Assembly (NCBI GenBank): GCA_050246755.1
Contig: JBFWVL010000001.1
Coordinates: 320,001 to 384,000 of the forward strand
Source: Bacteriovoracia bacterium
GTDB lineage: Bacteria > Bdellovibrionota > UBA1018 > CAIPTA01
Direction: 5' to 3'
Length of the DNA stretch: 64,000 bases
In this document: in pieces, positions 1 to 9,854 of the stretch
Layout: each line of letters opens with the position of its first letter
Position numbering within the stretch: position 1 is the first letter of the stretch
Made by a program: the position numbers and the translations under genes
The notes under the pieces: model-generated
The model's database searches: none
Told to the model about the DNA's origin: nothing
Seen by the model: the letters and a program-made list of their open reading frames with translations, nothing else

Positions 1-252
1 CCCAGCCGGACTGCCTTCGCTCTTCGCAATGCAGGTCACGTCGGCCTCGCCTTTTTTCTTGCCCATGAGGCAATCGCTCGCGGCTTTGCAGGATCCGCCA
101 GTCTGGGTGCCACGCACCACCTTGGCCGGGGATGCGGCCATACGCTCAGTGGTTTTCTTTTTCACCGCCGCCGACATATCCGAAAACGCTTCGCCCTCGG
201 CGAACGCATTTAGAGAGATCAGCGAGAACAGACAAAGGAGAACTAATTTCAT
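1..252 (-). CDS. secreted Cys-containing hypothetical protein (3' end runs off the window)
   Basis: Manual translation from ATG at 252 gives MKLVLLCLFSLISLNAFAEGE..., a signal peptide ending AFA. The frame is open to base 1, there is a GAGG RBS, and it follows sucD on the same strand. Confidence 0.7.
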   Translation of the reverse strand, partial: MKLVLLCLFSLISLNAFAEGEAFSDMSAAVKKKTTERMAASPAKVVRGTQTGGSCKAASDCLMGKKKGEADVTCIAKSEGSPAG

Positions 253-260
253 CTTCAACC

Positions 261-1136
261 TCACTTTCCAATTCGTTTTGCGATCGTGGCGCCGAGATCT
301 CCAGGGCTGCGGCAGATCATCACGCCCGCGGCCTCGAGCGCCTCGAACTTGGCTTTGGCCGTACCCTTACCGCCCGAGATAATCGCTCCGGCGTGGCCCA
401 TGCGGCGCCCGGGGGGAGCCGCCGAACCGGCGATGAAGGCCGCCACCGGCTTCTTCATATTCGCCTTGATCCAAGCGGCGGCATTCTCTTCGGCCGAGCC
501 GCCGATTTCGCCGATCATGATCACGGCTTCGGTTTTCGGATCCTTATTGAAGAGATCGAGCACGTCGATAAAGTTGGTGCCATTCACAGGATCTCCACCA
601 ATGCCCACGGCCGTGCTCTGGCCGATGCCGAGCTGGGTGAGCTGGTGCACGGCTTCGTACGTGAGGGTACCGGAGCGGGAAAGCACGCCCACGGAGCCAG
701 GCTTATGGATATGGCCGGGCATGATCCCGATTTTGCATTCGCCGGGAGTGATCACGCCGGGGCAATTTGGGCCGATGAGGCGGGTGCGCTTGCCCTTCAT
801 GAACTGCTTCACTTTGAGCATATCGTTCACGGGAATTCCTTCGGTGATCGCCACGATCAAATCGAGGTCGGCATCCACGCCCTCCGCGATGGCATCGGCC
901 GCGAAAGCCGGCGGCACGAAGAGCATCGAAACGGTGGCACCGGTCTGTTTTTTGGCTTCGGCCACCGAATCAAAGATCGGCACCTTATCCATGAACTTGG
1001 TGCCGCCTTTTCCGGGAGTAACGCCGGCCACGATTTTAGAGCCGTAGGCCAGGCACTGCTCGGCGTGGAAGGATCCGTGCTTGCCGGTGATTCCCTGCAC
1101 GAGGATCTTGGTATCTTTGTTAACGAAGATAGACAT
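261..1136 (-). CDS. sucD: succinyl-CoA synthetase alpha subunit
   Basis: [30 protein letters not shown] and the RRMGHAGA phospho-His motif. Confidence 0.98.
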   Translation of the reverse strand: MSIFVNKDTKILVQGITGKHGSFHAEQCLAYGSKIVAGVTPGKGGTKFMDKVPIFDSVAEAKKQTGATVSMLFVPPAFAADAIAEGVDADLDLIVAITEGIPVNDMLKVKQFMKGKRTRLIGPNCPGVITPGECKIGIMPGHIHKPGSVGVLSRSGTLTYEAVHQLTQLGIGQSTAVGIGGDPVNGTNFIDVLDLFNKDPKTEAVIMIGEIGGSAEENAAAWIKANMKKPVAAFIAGSAAPPGRRMGHAGAIISGGKGTAKAKFEALEAAGVMICRSPGDLGATIAKRIGK

Positions 1137-2308
1137 TAGAGTTTCCCTTTCGCGGCCAGCACGGCTTTCTTAGCGGCGTCGTTGAGATCGTCGGCGGCGG
1201 TGATCTTGAGGCCTGAGCCCGCGAGCAGCTCCTTGCCCTTCTCCACGTTCGTGCCCTGAAGGCGCACCACCAGCGGCACGGTTAGTTTCATGTTTCTCGC
1301 GGCGGCGATGATGCCTTCCGCGATGATGTCGCACTTCATGATGCCGCCGAAAATATTCACGAGAATCGCCTTCACCTTTGGATCGGAGAGGATAATCTTG
1401 AAGGCCGCTTCCACTTTTTCCTTATCCGCGCCGCCGCCCACGTCGAGGAAATTCGCGGGCGAGCCGCCGGCGAGCTGGATGATGTCGAGGGTGGCCATCG
1501 CGAGGCCGGCGCCGTTCACCATGCAGCCGATATCGCCGTCGAGGGAGATATAGGCCAATTCATATTCGGAAGCGGCGATCTCGCCGGCCGTTTCCTCGTC
1601 GAGGTCGCGCATGGCCACCACTTCGGGGTGGCGGAAGAGCGCGTTGTCTTCGAAGTTCAGCTTGCCATCGAGGGGCATGATCTTCTGCTCTTTCGTGACG
1701 ATGAGGGGATTGATCTCCACCATCGAGCAATCGTATTTAAAATAAAACTTATAGAGTTTCTCGCCGATATCGGCCACTTGCTTGCGTAGCGCGGGATCTT
1801 TCAAGCCGAAGGCATCGCCGAGCTTGCGCCCGTGGAAGGGCATGAATCCCAGCGTAGGGTCTACGCTGATGGTATGAATTTTCTCGGGATGAGAGGCTGA
1901 AACCTCCTCGATATCCATACCGCCTTCAGTGGAAGCGATGAAGGCCACGGTGGAAGTATCCCGGTCCATGATGATCGATAGGTAAAACTCCTTCTCGATA
2001 TTGGAGCCTTCTTCCACGAGAACTTTTTTTACTTTTTTGCCTTCGGGGCCCGTCTGGTGGGTCACGAGCTGCATGCCGAGAATTTTCTGCGCATTGGTTT
2101 TTACCTCATCGAGGGATTTACAAACTTTTACTCCCCCGCCCTTCCCGCGCCCGCCCGCGTGGATCTGGGCCTTCACCACCGTTACGGCGGTGCCCAGCTC
2201 TTTGGCGGCGGCTACGGCTTCGTCTACCGTGAAGGCCACTTTCCCTTTGGGGGTAGGAATGCCTTCTTTGCGAAATAATTCTTTGGCCTGGTACTCATGA
2301 ACGTTCAT
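1136..2308 (-). CDS. sucC: succinyl-CoA synthetase beta subunit
   Basis: [41 protein letters not shown]; coupled to sucD. Confidence 0.98.
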   Translation of the reverse strand: MNVHEYQAKELFRKEGIPTPKGKVAFTVDEAVAAAKELGTAVTVVKAQIHAGGRGKGGGVKVCKSLDEVKTNAQKILGMQLVTHQTGPEGKKVKKVLVEEGSNIEKEFYLSIIMDRDTSTVAFIASTEGGMDIEEVSASHPEKIHTISVDPTLGFMPFHGRKLGDAFGLKDPALRKQVADIGEKLYKFYFKYDCSMVEINPLIVTKEQKIMPLDGKLNFEDNALFRHPEVVAMRDLDEETAGEIAASEYELAYISLDGDIGCMVNGAGLAMATLDIIQLAGGSPANFLDVGGGADKEKVEAAFKIILSDPKVKAILVNIFGGIMKCDIIAEGIIAAARNMKLTVPLVVRLQGTNVEKGKELLAGSGLKITAADDLNDAAKKAVLAAKGKL

Positions 2309-2361
2309 TGAAAACCCTCTCTCTTAACTGCCAACGGAAAACAGCCCACCGCCAACTGCCG

Positions 2362-3297
2362 CTACTTATTCTTCGCCAGTACGTCCACGAGCTCCTGCAC
2401 AGATTTCGCGGATTTTTGGAAGCCGGCCTTTTCTTCCTCGGTCATCTCGAGGGGCATGATCTGCTCAATCCCGTTGCTGCCGATTTTCGCGAGCACGCCC
2501 ACGAAGAGGCCTTTCACGCCGAACTCGCCTTCGAGGTAGCAGGCGCAGGGAAGAACGCGTTTCTTGTCTTTGATGATCGCTTCGGCCATTTGCACGGCGG
2601 AAGAAGAAGGAGCGTAGAACGCGGAACCGGTCTTGAGGAGGCCCACGATCTCGGCGCCGCCCGAGGCCGTGCGCTTCACGAGAGCATCGATCTTATCTTT
2701 CGGAAGAAGCTGAGGGAGCGGAATACCACCCACGGTTACGTAACGGGGCATAGGCACCATAGTGTCGCCGTGGCCGCCGTATACGAAGGCATTCACGTCT
2801 TCCACGGAAACATTCAGTTCCCGCGCGATGAACGTGCGGAAGCGGGCGCCGTCGAGCACGCCGGCCATGCCGATCACGCGGCTCTTGGGGAAGCCCGAAG
2901 CTTCCATGGCCACGTGGCACATGGCATCGAGCGGGTTCGATACGATGATGAGCACGGCTTTGGGGGAAAATTTCGCGGCATTCGCGGCGCACTCTTTCAC
3001 GATCTTGGCGTTCGTGAGGAGCAAATCATCGCGGCTCATGCCGGGTTTGCGGGGAAGGCCGGCGGTGATGATCACCACGTCGGAATCAGCGGAAGCGGCG
3101 TAGTCGGATCCACCGGTCACGTTGGCATCGAAGCCTTCTACGGGGCCGGACTGCGCGAGGTCGAGGGCTTTACCCGCGGCCATCTCGCCATTGATGTCGA
3201 TCAGGCAAACATCGGCCAATTCTTTCGAAGCGATCCAGTGGGCCGCCGTGCTGCCAACGAACCCACCACCAACCACCGTAATTTTCGCGCGTTTCAT
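2362..3297 (-). CDS. mdh: malate dehydrogenase (LDH-like type)
   Basis: GGGFVG Rossmann motif, [21 protein letters not shown]; ATG at 3297 has an AGGAG RBS. Confidence 0.96.
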   Translation of the reverse strand: MKRAKITVVGGGFVGSTAAHWIASKELADVCLIDINGEMAAGKALDLAQSGPVEGFDANVTGGSDYAASADSDVVIITAGLPRKPGMSRDDLLLTNAKIVKECAANAAKFSPKAVLIIVSNPLDAMCHVAMEASGFPKSRVIGMAGVLDGARFRTFIARELNVSVEDVNAFVYGGHGDTMVPMPRYVTVGGIPLPQLLPKDKIDALVKRTASGGAEIVGLLKTGSAFYAPSSSAVQMAEAIIKDKKRVLPCACYLEGEFGVKGLFVGVLAKIGSNGIEQIMPLEMTEEEKAGFQKSAKSVQELVDVLAKNK

Positions 3298-3480
3298 CGA
3301 TATCTCCTGCAAATGACTGAATTTTTTGGTTGATTCATCATACTGCTAGAGGAAATGTTCGCAATTGAATTCTCCTATGGCGGAATGCGCATCCGCTACC
3401 GTGGTGCGCAAAAGACGGAACTATCGCGCCATGACGGTTCCCTCTCCTGCACCGCCCCACAACTATGCTAAAATAAAAGC

Positions 3481-4323
3481 ATGAAAATCGGTCCCTACAC
3501 CCTCCATACCCTCGAACTCGGTTCCTTCGGCCTCGATGGCGGCGCCATGTTCGGCATCGTGCCCAAAGTTCTCTGGCAAAAAGAAAATCCCGCCGACGAG
3601 CAGAACCGCATCGATATGCGCACCCGCTGCCTCCTGATCCGGGGAGCGGGGAAAAATATCCTGGTGGACTGCGGCCTCGGCGACAAAGACGACGCGAAAT
3701 TCAAGGAGCGCTACAAAGTGGCTCCTTACGCCCTCGACCGGGAGCTGGCGCGCCTGGGGCTCCGGGCCGAAGACATCACCGACGTGATCGCCACCCACTT
3801 CCATTTCGATCACATGGGCGGGCTCACGAAATTTGATTCGGCGGGGCAATTGACTTCCCGCTTTCCGAACGCCCGCGTTTGGGCGCAAAAGCGCAACTGG
3901 GCTCACGCCTGGAAACCGAACGAAAAAGACAAAGCCTCCTATCTTTTAGACAACTACTCCATCTACCAGGGCGATTCCCGCTTGCGTCTCGTGGACGGCC
4001 CGGAAGAGATCCTGCCCGGCATCCGCATGGTGATCTCCGAGGGCCACACCGTCGGCATGCAGCATCCGCTGATCTCCGACGGCACGAGCTCGCTGATCTA
4101 CTGCGCCGACATCATCCCGATGAGCGCCCATGTGCGCACCGCCTGGGTGATGGGCTACGACTGCTTTCCCCTCACCACGATCGAAGAGAAGAAAAAAATC
4201 CTCGCCGAATGCGTGGCAAAGGAAACCGTGGTGTTCTTCGAGCACTGCCCGTATATGGACGGCGCCCGCATCCAATGGAACGGCAAGGATTTCGCGGTGA
4301 AGGAAAAGGTCATGCTCGGGTAG
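3481..4323 (+). CDS. MBL-fold metallo-hydrolase (YtnP-like)
   Basis: LDGGAMFG..PK, THFHFDHMGG (HxHxDH), GHT, and a C-terminal His. Confidence 0.9.
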   Translation: MKIGPYTLHTLELGSFGLDGGAMFGIVPKVLWQKENPADEQNRIDMRTRCLLIRGAGKNILVDCGLGDKDDAKFKERYKVAPYALDRELARLGLRAEDITDVIATHFHFDHMGGLTKFDSAGQLTSRFPNARVWAQKRNWAHAWKPNEKDKASYLLDNYSIYQGDSRLRLVDGPEEILPGIRMVISEGHTVGMQHPLISDGTSSLIYCADIIPMSAHVRTAWVMGYDCFPLTTIEEKKKILAECVAKETVVFFEHCPYMDGARIQWNGKDFAVKEKVMLG

Positions 4324-4329
4324 CCGCGC

Positions 4330-4839
4330 CTACTTTTTTTTGGTTCCGCCCTTGTTGCATGCGGGAGCGAGAGAGGCGTAGGGGGTTTCGCAGGGTTTTT
4401 TCACGGTGATATCCTGGCACACCAAATTGAGCTCGGCGCCATTGGCTCTGTCCCTCAGCTGAACCTCCAAGTCCGCGGGACCGGCTTCGAGAATGGAAAT
4501 CGTTCGGCTGGAATAAGCCGAGCTTTTATTGGCGGTATTGGTAATTTCCCCGTGCAGCCTCATTTGGGTACCGTCGCATTCCTCGCCGCATACGATTCCC
4601 AGCTCGGCTCTCGCGCGAAAAGCTCCCGCCTCAAACTCAACCCATTCCTCGCCCTTCAGGCCATCTCGATCCCCGTTCATATTGTTGAGGGAAGAGATTT
4701 CTACGGACGCAGAGCTTTTGGCATCCGGCTCCACGCCGGCCACATACAGGCGGCACTTGGCCTGGAATACCGTTCGGTGCGCCATGGCCGGCCCGCTGGA
4801 AAAAAGAGAAAAAAGCACTAAGAGAGTGATTCGCTTCAT
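4330..4839 (-). CDS. secreted hypothetical protein
   Basis: Signal peptide MKRITLLVLFSLFSSGPAMA, GAGGT RBS, several Cys; divergent from the LysR gene. Confidence 0.65.
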   Translation of the reverse strand: MKRITLLVLFSLFSSGPAMAHRTVFQAKCRLYVAGVEPDAKSSASVEISSLNNMNGDRDGLKGEEWVEFEAGAFRARAELGIVCGEECDGTQMRLHGEITNTANKSSAYSSRTISILEAGPADLEVQLRDRANGAELNLVCQDITVKKPCETPYASLAPACNKGGTKKK

Positions 4840-4925
4840 GATGTTTACCTCGCTTGATTTCCTCCATAATAGGCCAAAAACAACGCATTGCATAAGGAAT
4901 GGTTTTCATAGTATCATGCCTATAA

Positions 4926-5789
4926 GTGCTACTATTGAATCAAAACCTCCAAGCCTTCCTCGCCGTAGCCGAGCTTTCCTCGATCACGGCGGCGGCTAAG
5001 CGCCTGGGTTTGGGGCAAACCGGAGCCACGAAGCGCATCCGCCTATTGGAAACCGAGCTGGGAGTCTCGCTCTTCACCCGCTCCCGCAAAGGCATGAAGC
5101 TCACGGGCGAGGGCGGAGCCTTACTGCGCCACTGCCAAGATTCGCGGGCCCGCGAAGGACGGCTGTTGGCGGAGCTGAAGAAGGGCGGCGAGGAGCAGGA
5201 AGCCGATCTCACGCTCGTGGGCCCGGCCAGCCTGATCGCCGGCCGCTTCGCCCGCCAAAGCGGGCCAATCTTTAAGAAATGGCCCAAGCTGAATCTGCGC
5301 TTCGTGATCGACACCAATGCAAATCGTTTATCCCACCTCAAGCGCGGCACCGCCGATCTCGCTATCCTCCTGGCCCACGAAGTAACGAGCGAGCTCGATT
5401 CGAAACGCCTCCAGCCCCTCGAGTACCTCATGGTGGCCACCCCAAAATGGAAGAGCCGCCCTTTCCGGGAGATCCTCGAGCGCGAAAGGCTATTCGCTTA
5501 CCACCCCGGAGATTCCACGGGCCTCGATTACCTGAAGAGCTTCGATTGCCTGGCGCACCTGAAGCGGCCACGACTCTACGTAAACGAAAACCAAGCCCTG
5601 CAAAACTTCCTTACGCTGGGGGTGGGCTTCGGGCTTTTACCGCGAGAGCTGGCCGCCGATCTGATCCATGAAGAAAAATTGGTGGCCTTAAACCAGGGAC
5701 GCGCCTTCAAGATAGAGGTGGCGCTGGCTTGGTATCCCCGTGCGGAGCCTCCCGCCTATTTCCAGGCGTTGGTGAGCGCGATGCAATAG
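4926..5789 (+). CDS. LysR-family transcriptional regulator
   Basis: N-terminal HTH LQAFLAVAE.SSITAAAKRLG...RIRLLETELGVSLFTR; about 290 aa; GTG start. Confidence 0.93.
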   Translation: MLLLNQNLQAFLAVAELSSITAAAKRLGLGQTGATKRIRLLETELGVSLFTRSRKGMKLTGEGGALLRHCQDSRAREGRLLAELKKGGEEQEADLTLVGPASLIAGRFARQSGPIFKKWPKLNLRFVIDTNANRLSHLKRGTADLAILLAHEVTSELDSKRLQPLEYLMVATPKWKSRPFREILERERLFAYHPGDSTGLDYLKSFDCLAHLKRPRLYVNENQALQNFLTLGVGFGLLPRELAADLIHEEKLVALNQGRAFKIEVALAWYPRAEPPAYFQALVSAMQ

Positions 5790-5800
5790 TCCACCACTAG

Positions 5801-5946
5801 CTGGCCTACTACCGTGTGCCTGGAATGAAAATCCCCTTGGGATTTCGGGCACATGAAAGATTTCAACGCCTGCGCCTCACGCAATCCCTAAAAGGTGAGT
5901 CTGATGCATGAGGTTAGCGTGACTCAGGCACACGGTAGTAGGCCAG
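5801..5946. repeat. 146-bp element bounded by perfect 22-bp inverted repeats (MITE/REPIN-like element or structured RNA)
   Basis: CTGGCCTACTACCGTGTGCCTG at 5801-5822 and its exact reverse complement at 5925-5946; internal hairpins. Confidence 0.75.
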
Positions 5947-6078
5947 ATTACAGCGCCCACCTCGCGACATAGACCCATGGTGTCATAACCGTCTTTCCAT
6001 TAGCCTTTCATCAAGACAGCAATCTTCATTTGCAGTTCCCTGGGCGAACCCATAGATTCCGCGCTCAAGGGGGATCTC

Positions 6079-6909
6079 ATGAAAATCTTTTTCGCTCTTC
6101 TGGCCTTCGCTCTCAGCACCAATGCCTTCGCCGTGGACAGCACCATGCCGGCCTCCACCTCGCAGACCGAGGAATCGCGCTTCTGGCCCAAAGATCTCTA
6201 CTCAGATTTATTCTCGAACTACCACGGCTCAAGCCTCAAGAAATTCGACACCAGCCGCTCCCTGGATAATAAAGGAAGGCTTGGGAAGCCCGCCACCACC
6301 AACTTCGACAGCGAGCTGGCCCTCGGCTACCACGTGGGCGAAGCCGTGCGCGTAGGCGCCGTGGTTCCCTTCCTCGCCTTTCCGGCTCCCGGCGCCACTG
6401 GCGACGCTTTCTCCCTGGGCGACGTGGGCGTGAAAGTTTCCCACTCCGACACGATCAACTGGCGCGGCGTTCACGTCTCCACCAACCTCATCCTGCAGGC
6501 GCCCTCCAGCGACTATTCCCGCAACCGCGGGCAAAAGCTCGGCATCAAAACCACGCCTTCCCTACGCTACGAATTCGCGAATTCCGATTTCTCTCTCGGC
6601 GCCTTCAACGAGCTGAAATCCTACGTGGGCGTGAACAGCGGCAAGGCTTTCAAGGTGTGGACGCTTCCTTATGTGAAGTACCGCCTGAATAAGCGTGTGG
6701 CGTTCCATCTAGCCTACGAAGTGGAAGTGGATCATATGGCGCACTCTTCGGCGCGCCTCTCGCACTACCAGCACGACCTTCAGCCCGCCGTGATCTGGAA
6801 CGTGACCAAGCACTTCATGGTGCAGCCCTATATGCAATTTTTCAGCTTGAACTCGATCAGCACGGCGCATACCGGATTCGGTACCCTGATCAGCGCCGCG
6901 ATTCTTTAG
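6079..6909 (+). CDS. secreted hypothetical protein, probable outer-membrane beta-barrel
   Basis: Signal peptide ending AFA; aromatic-rich amphipathic beta-strand pattern throughout. Confidence 0.7.
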   Translation: MKIFFALLAFALSTNAFAVDSTMPASTSQTEESRFWPKDLYSDLFSNYHGSSLKKFDTSRSLDNKGRLGKPATTNFDSELALGYHVGEAVRVGAVVPFLAFPAPGATGDAFSLGDVGVKVSHSDTINWRGVHVSTNLILQAPSSDYSRNRGQKLGIKTTPSLRYEFANSDFSLGAFNELKSYVGVNSGKAFKVWTLPYVKYRLNKRVAFHLAYEVEVDHMAHSSARLSHYQHDLQPAVIWNVTKHFMVQPYMQFFSLNSISTAHTGFGTLISAAIL

Positions 6910-6910
6910 G

Positions 6911-7384
6911 CTAACGGACGATTTCCATCCGCGCGGTTTCCTGCCCAGGGCATTTAGGCCCGTCGGGGTATTCGGTTTTGTAGATCACGGCGGTGCGCTC
7001 TTCTTTAATAAAATCCTCTGGCGCTTCCACGCAATCTTTCAGGTCTTTCACGCCCAAAGAAATCTCCTCGATCCGGCTCTTGTCCATACGCTTCACCTTA
7101 ATCAGCACGCGATTTCCGGGAAGCCGTTCGAGGCGCACGATGGATGGAGCGTCGCGCATGGTTTTGCATTCCGAATATTTTTCTTTGCCTTCTACCGTAA
7201 CGCCTAAGCGAGCAGGGGTAGAATTCTTAAGATAAATCAGCACTTCTTCTTCGGGCAGCTTGAGCGAAGCCGGGCAATTCAATCCCTTATCGTCGGCCGG
7301 TTTTTTACTAGGATTGCCAAGAGTTTTGGGACCGCACGCACTAAGCAAGAGAGCGCCGGCGCCAAGAAGAAAAATATTTTTCAT
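6911..7384 (-). CDS. hypothetical lipoprotein
   Basis: Lipobox LSAC after a hydrophobic N-terminus. Confidence 0.75.
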   Translation of the reverse strand: MKNIFLLGAGALLLSACGPKTLGNPSKKPADDKGLNCPASLKLPEEEVLIYLKNSTPARLGVTVEGKEKYSECKTMRDAPSIVRLERLPGNRVLIKVKRMDKSRIEEISLGVKDLKDCVEAPEDFIKEERTAVIYKTEYPDGPKCPGQETARMEIVR

Positions 7385-7612
7385 GCTTCATTCGAACATT
7401 TCGTTTTTGGAAAGTAAATGCGGCCGCGAAATACCTCTGCCCCAAAACGGAAAATCAGCCTGATTTCACGGGCCTAGCGGCGCTGAAACCATCTGAAATT
7501 ACTATACTTTATTGCTTTCTTCATTGTTGCAACGCTCAGCGGACCTGTTGCAATCTTCCGCAATTTTTGACGTCGCTTTTGCCAAGGCCGTGAAATTCCT
7601 GCGTTCTTCTTC

Positions 7613-7628
7613 TGGCATCGCGCTTGCT
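7613..7628 (+). promoter_or_regulatory. sigma54 (-24/-12) promoter
   Basis: TGGCATCGCGCTTGCT matches TGGC-N-TTGC with exact GG-N10-GC spacing, about 40 bp upstream of ATG 7670. Confidence 0.7.
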
Positions 7629-7669
7629 CTTACTTACTGCAGAGAAACCGAAAACCTAAGGAGTCCAAC

Positions 7670-7966
7670 ATGAAAAATCAAATCTTTGCCGTACTAGTCC
7701 TCTCCCTTTCCGCCGCTTCGGCTTTTGCCGCCGGTGAAACCGCCCAAACCGCGGCGCCCGCTTCGCAAAACGAGAAAGTGGAGCTCAAAAAAACCGTGCA
7801 TGCTGATAAAGCTGCCGTAGTGGCCGACCGGAAAAAAATCAGGGACGACGTGAAGCAATACGGAAAAGGCTCCGAGCAAGTGAAGGCCGACCGCAAACAA
7901 ATCCGTGCCGACCGCATTAAGCTGAAAGAAGACCGCGCGAAGAAAAAAGCCGCGAAAAACGGTTAA
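7670..7966 (+). CDS. small secreted, basic, helical hypothetical protein
   Basis: AAGGAG RBS, signal peptide ending AFA, repeated ADR/EDR-K segments, followed by a terminator. Confidence 0.85.
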   Translation: MKNQIFAVLVLSLSAASAFAAGETAQTAAPASQNEKVELKKTVHADKAAVVADRKKIRDDVKQYGKGSEQVKADRKQIRADRIKLKEDRAKKKAAKNG

Positions 7967-7980
7967 TTCTTACCCTACCA

Positions 7981-8009
7981 AAGGCCCGCACTCGCGGGCC
8001 TTTTCTTTT
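7981..8009 (+). terminator. intrinsic terminator
   Basis: AAGGCCCGC-ACTC-GCGGGCCTT followed by a T-tract. Confidence 0.85.
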
Positions 8010-8028
8010 GTGCTAAGCTCCGAGCAAG

Positions 8029-8415
8029 ATGAAACAGCTAACGGCCCTACTTTTTTGTCTGCTTTTCTCCGGCTGCGTGGGCGGCTCCTTCGGCAATCAC
8101 CAGGATATCGAAGAGTACCCTCTGCGCGGAGCCACGGAAGCCGAGGGAAAACGCCTCAAGCGTTGCCTGCAGCGCGCGTATCGAGTGCAACAAGAGCATA
8201 AGAAAAAAACCGGAAAATTTTATCGCCATAGCTCGGAAATGCCCATAGACGACGCGTGCCAAGGATTCATCTTGGCGCAAAAGCGCACCGAAGAAGGCTA
8301 CGAAATCATGGCGCAATTTCACGAGCAAGAATCCACGGTGCGGTGGACCATCAATGATCAGGGCGTGATCGAAGAACACCTCGATCCCAATGCCGACGCC
8401 GATATCGATTTCTAG
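8029..8415 (+). CDS. hypothetical lipoprotein
   Basis: Lipobox FSGC; a Cys pair. Confidence 0.75.
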   Translation: MKQLTALLFCLLFSGCVGGSFGNHQDIEEYPLRGATEAEGKRLKRCLQRAYRVQQEHKKKTGKFYRHSSEMPIDDACQGFILAQKRTEEGYEIMAQFHEQESTVRWTINDQGVIEEHLDPNADADIDF

Positions 8416-8472
8416 GGATTGCCTTTTCCGAAAAACTCTTCTACCGATTATAGGAATAACCTTGGAGGGTTT

Positions 8473-9216
8473 ATGAAAAATCTATTTCTAGCGTTCGCTT
8501 TGGCCCTAAGTTCCATCGGCACTGCCCGGGCCGAGGCAAATTTGCCCAGCTCGGTTACCAAGATCTACGAATACTCCTGCCAGAAAAGATTCCTCGAAGG
8601 GGAAGGCGTGGGACCACAAATGCTCAGCTGCGTTCCCTACCAGCACCTCGGTTTTTATCTGGTGAACCAAACGTTTTATCTTTATCAAAACTCCAGCGGC
8701 AGCAACTTTGGGAGCCAGGGACGCGTAGCTCTCTATAATGGAGACATCTGCGGCATCGGCCAGCTCGACAGCTATACTTGCGAAGCGAATCCCCACCTAG
8801 CGTTCGGCGTGTCCGAATTCAATGAAGGCCCTTTCGTGGCGAAGATACATTTGACGGCTTCGCCCCAAGGCATCTCCGGCCCCGTTGGTTTCGTGGCGCT
8901 TCCGGATCGCGTGACCGGCGAGTGCGCCGAAGGCCTGGAAAAATCTTTCGTCTACGGCGCCAAATTCGGACTGATCCAAACTCGCTTCCCCACCAACCTG
9001 CCCCGCGCTGATTTTTTGGATAACTATACGATCCGCTCGGCAGCCCAGGAAAATACGGAAATGCATGACCTCACCCGCATTCCCGCGCTCACTCCTTGTG
9101 CCTCCACCGGCTTTTGCCGCTGGCCCGACGGACGGCCCTATACCGCCGCTTCTACGAGTTACGTGCCCGAAAGCGGCGCCTTCTGCGTGATTCCCGTGGA
9201 TCGCCTCGCCAAATAG
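8473..9216 (+). CDS. secreted Cys-rich hypothetical protein
   Basis: GGAGG RBS before ATG 8473; signal peptide MKNLFLAFALALSSIGTARA. Confidence 0.8.
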   Translation: MKNLFLAFALALSSIGTARAEANLPSSVTKIYEYSCQKRFLEGEGVGPQMLSCVPYQHLGFYLVNQTFYLYQNSSGSNFGSQGRVALYNGDICGIGQLDSYTCEANPHLAFGVSEFNEGPFVAKIHLTASPQGISGPVGFVALPDRVTGECAEGLEKSFVYGAKFGLIQTRFPTNLPRADFLDNYTIRSAAQENTEMHDLTRIPALTPCASTGFCRWPDGRPYTAASTSYVPESGAFCVIPVDRLAK

Positions 9217-9308
9217 GGAAAATCAGGCTGGCTTCGTTCTTCGGGGCCGGCCTAACGCTTTGCTTCCCTCTTCTTTACTAGCTCCATCTACTTTGGTAAT
9301 TACTCTGT

Positions 9309-9854
9309 ATGCAAAAATATTTCGCCTTAGCTTTCACGGCTCTATTGTCCATCAGCCTGCTCGCCTGCGGCCCTTCGAAAAAGAAGGATCCCCTAGCGGA
9401 AGATGAGCTTAGTTCCACGGGCAATAGGCAGAGAAACGGCAGGGGCGGAGGGGGTGCCGCTCCCCAGGAGCCGGAAACTTTCGAACAGTACTGCCAGCGC
9501 CTGGAAGGGCGGCTCGCCAACAATGTTTGCCAAATCAAAAAATTCGAATTCTCCGTGAGCGCGCCTAAACAAGAGGAGATGAAGGGCCCTTTTCAGAAGT
9601 TCATCGTCCAGGCCCACCGGGGAATGGTAATTAAAACTATCGGCGACCCTTCGGAAATCGCCTCTCTCTATTTCGCCGGCGGCAACAGCATGACCCACTT
9701 CATGTCCATCGGCGCCCATTTCCAATCGAAACTTCTGCCCCTCGACGTATCGCTCTTCGTGGTGGCGGATATTTGGTACGAAAAGCCCGCGCGCATCCTC
9801 GGCTACGAATGCGTCGATTCCTCGCACAATGTAACGGGCTGCCCGCAGATTTAA
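9309..9854 (+). CDS. hypothetical lipoprotein
   Basis: Lipobox LLAC. Confidence 0.75.
   Translation: MQKYFALAFTALLSISLLACGPSKKKDPLAEDELSSTGNRQRNGRGGGGAAPQEPETFEQYCQRLEGRLANNVCQIKKFEFSVSAPKQEEMKGPFQKFIVQAHRGMVIKTIGDPSEIASLYFAGGNSMTHFMSIGAHFQSKLLPLDVSLFVVADIWYEKPARILGYECVDSSHNVTGCPQI

Noticed and set aside
132-3333. Long plus-strand ORFs (132-1139, 286-1047, 2308-3333) opposite sucD and mdh
   Set aside because: They are antisense shadows of conserved genes in GC-rich, codon-biased DNA, with no recognisable motifs.
5801-5946. 6S RNA, riboswitch or CRISPR identity for the inverted-repeat element
   Set aside because: I could not match a known consensus by eye, there is no repeat-spacer array, and the usual 6S gene context is absent. 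I left it unassigned.
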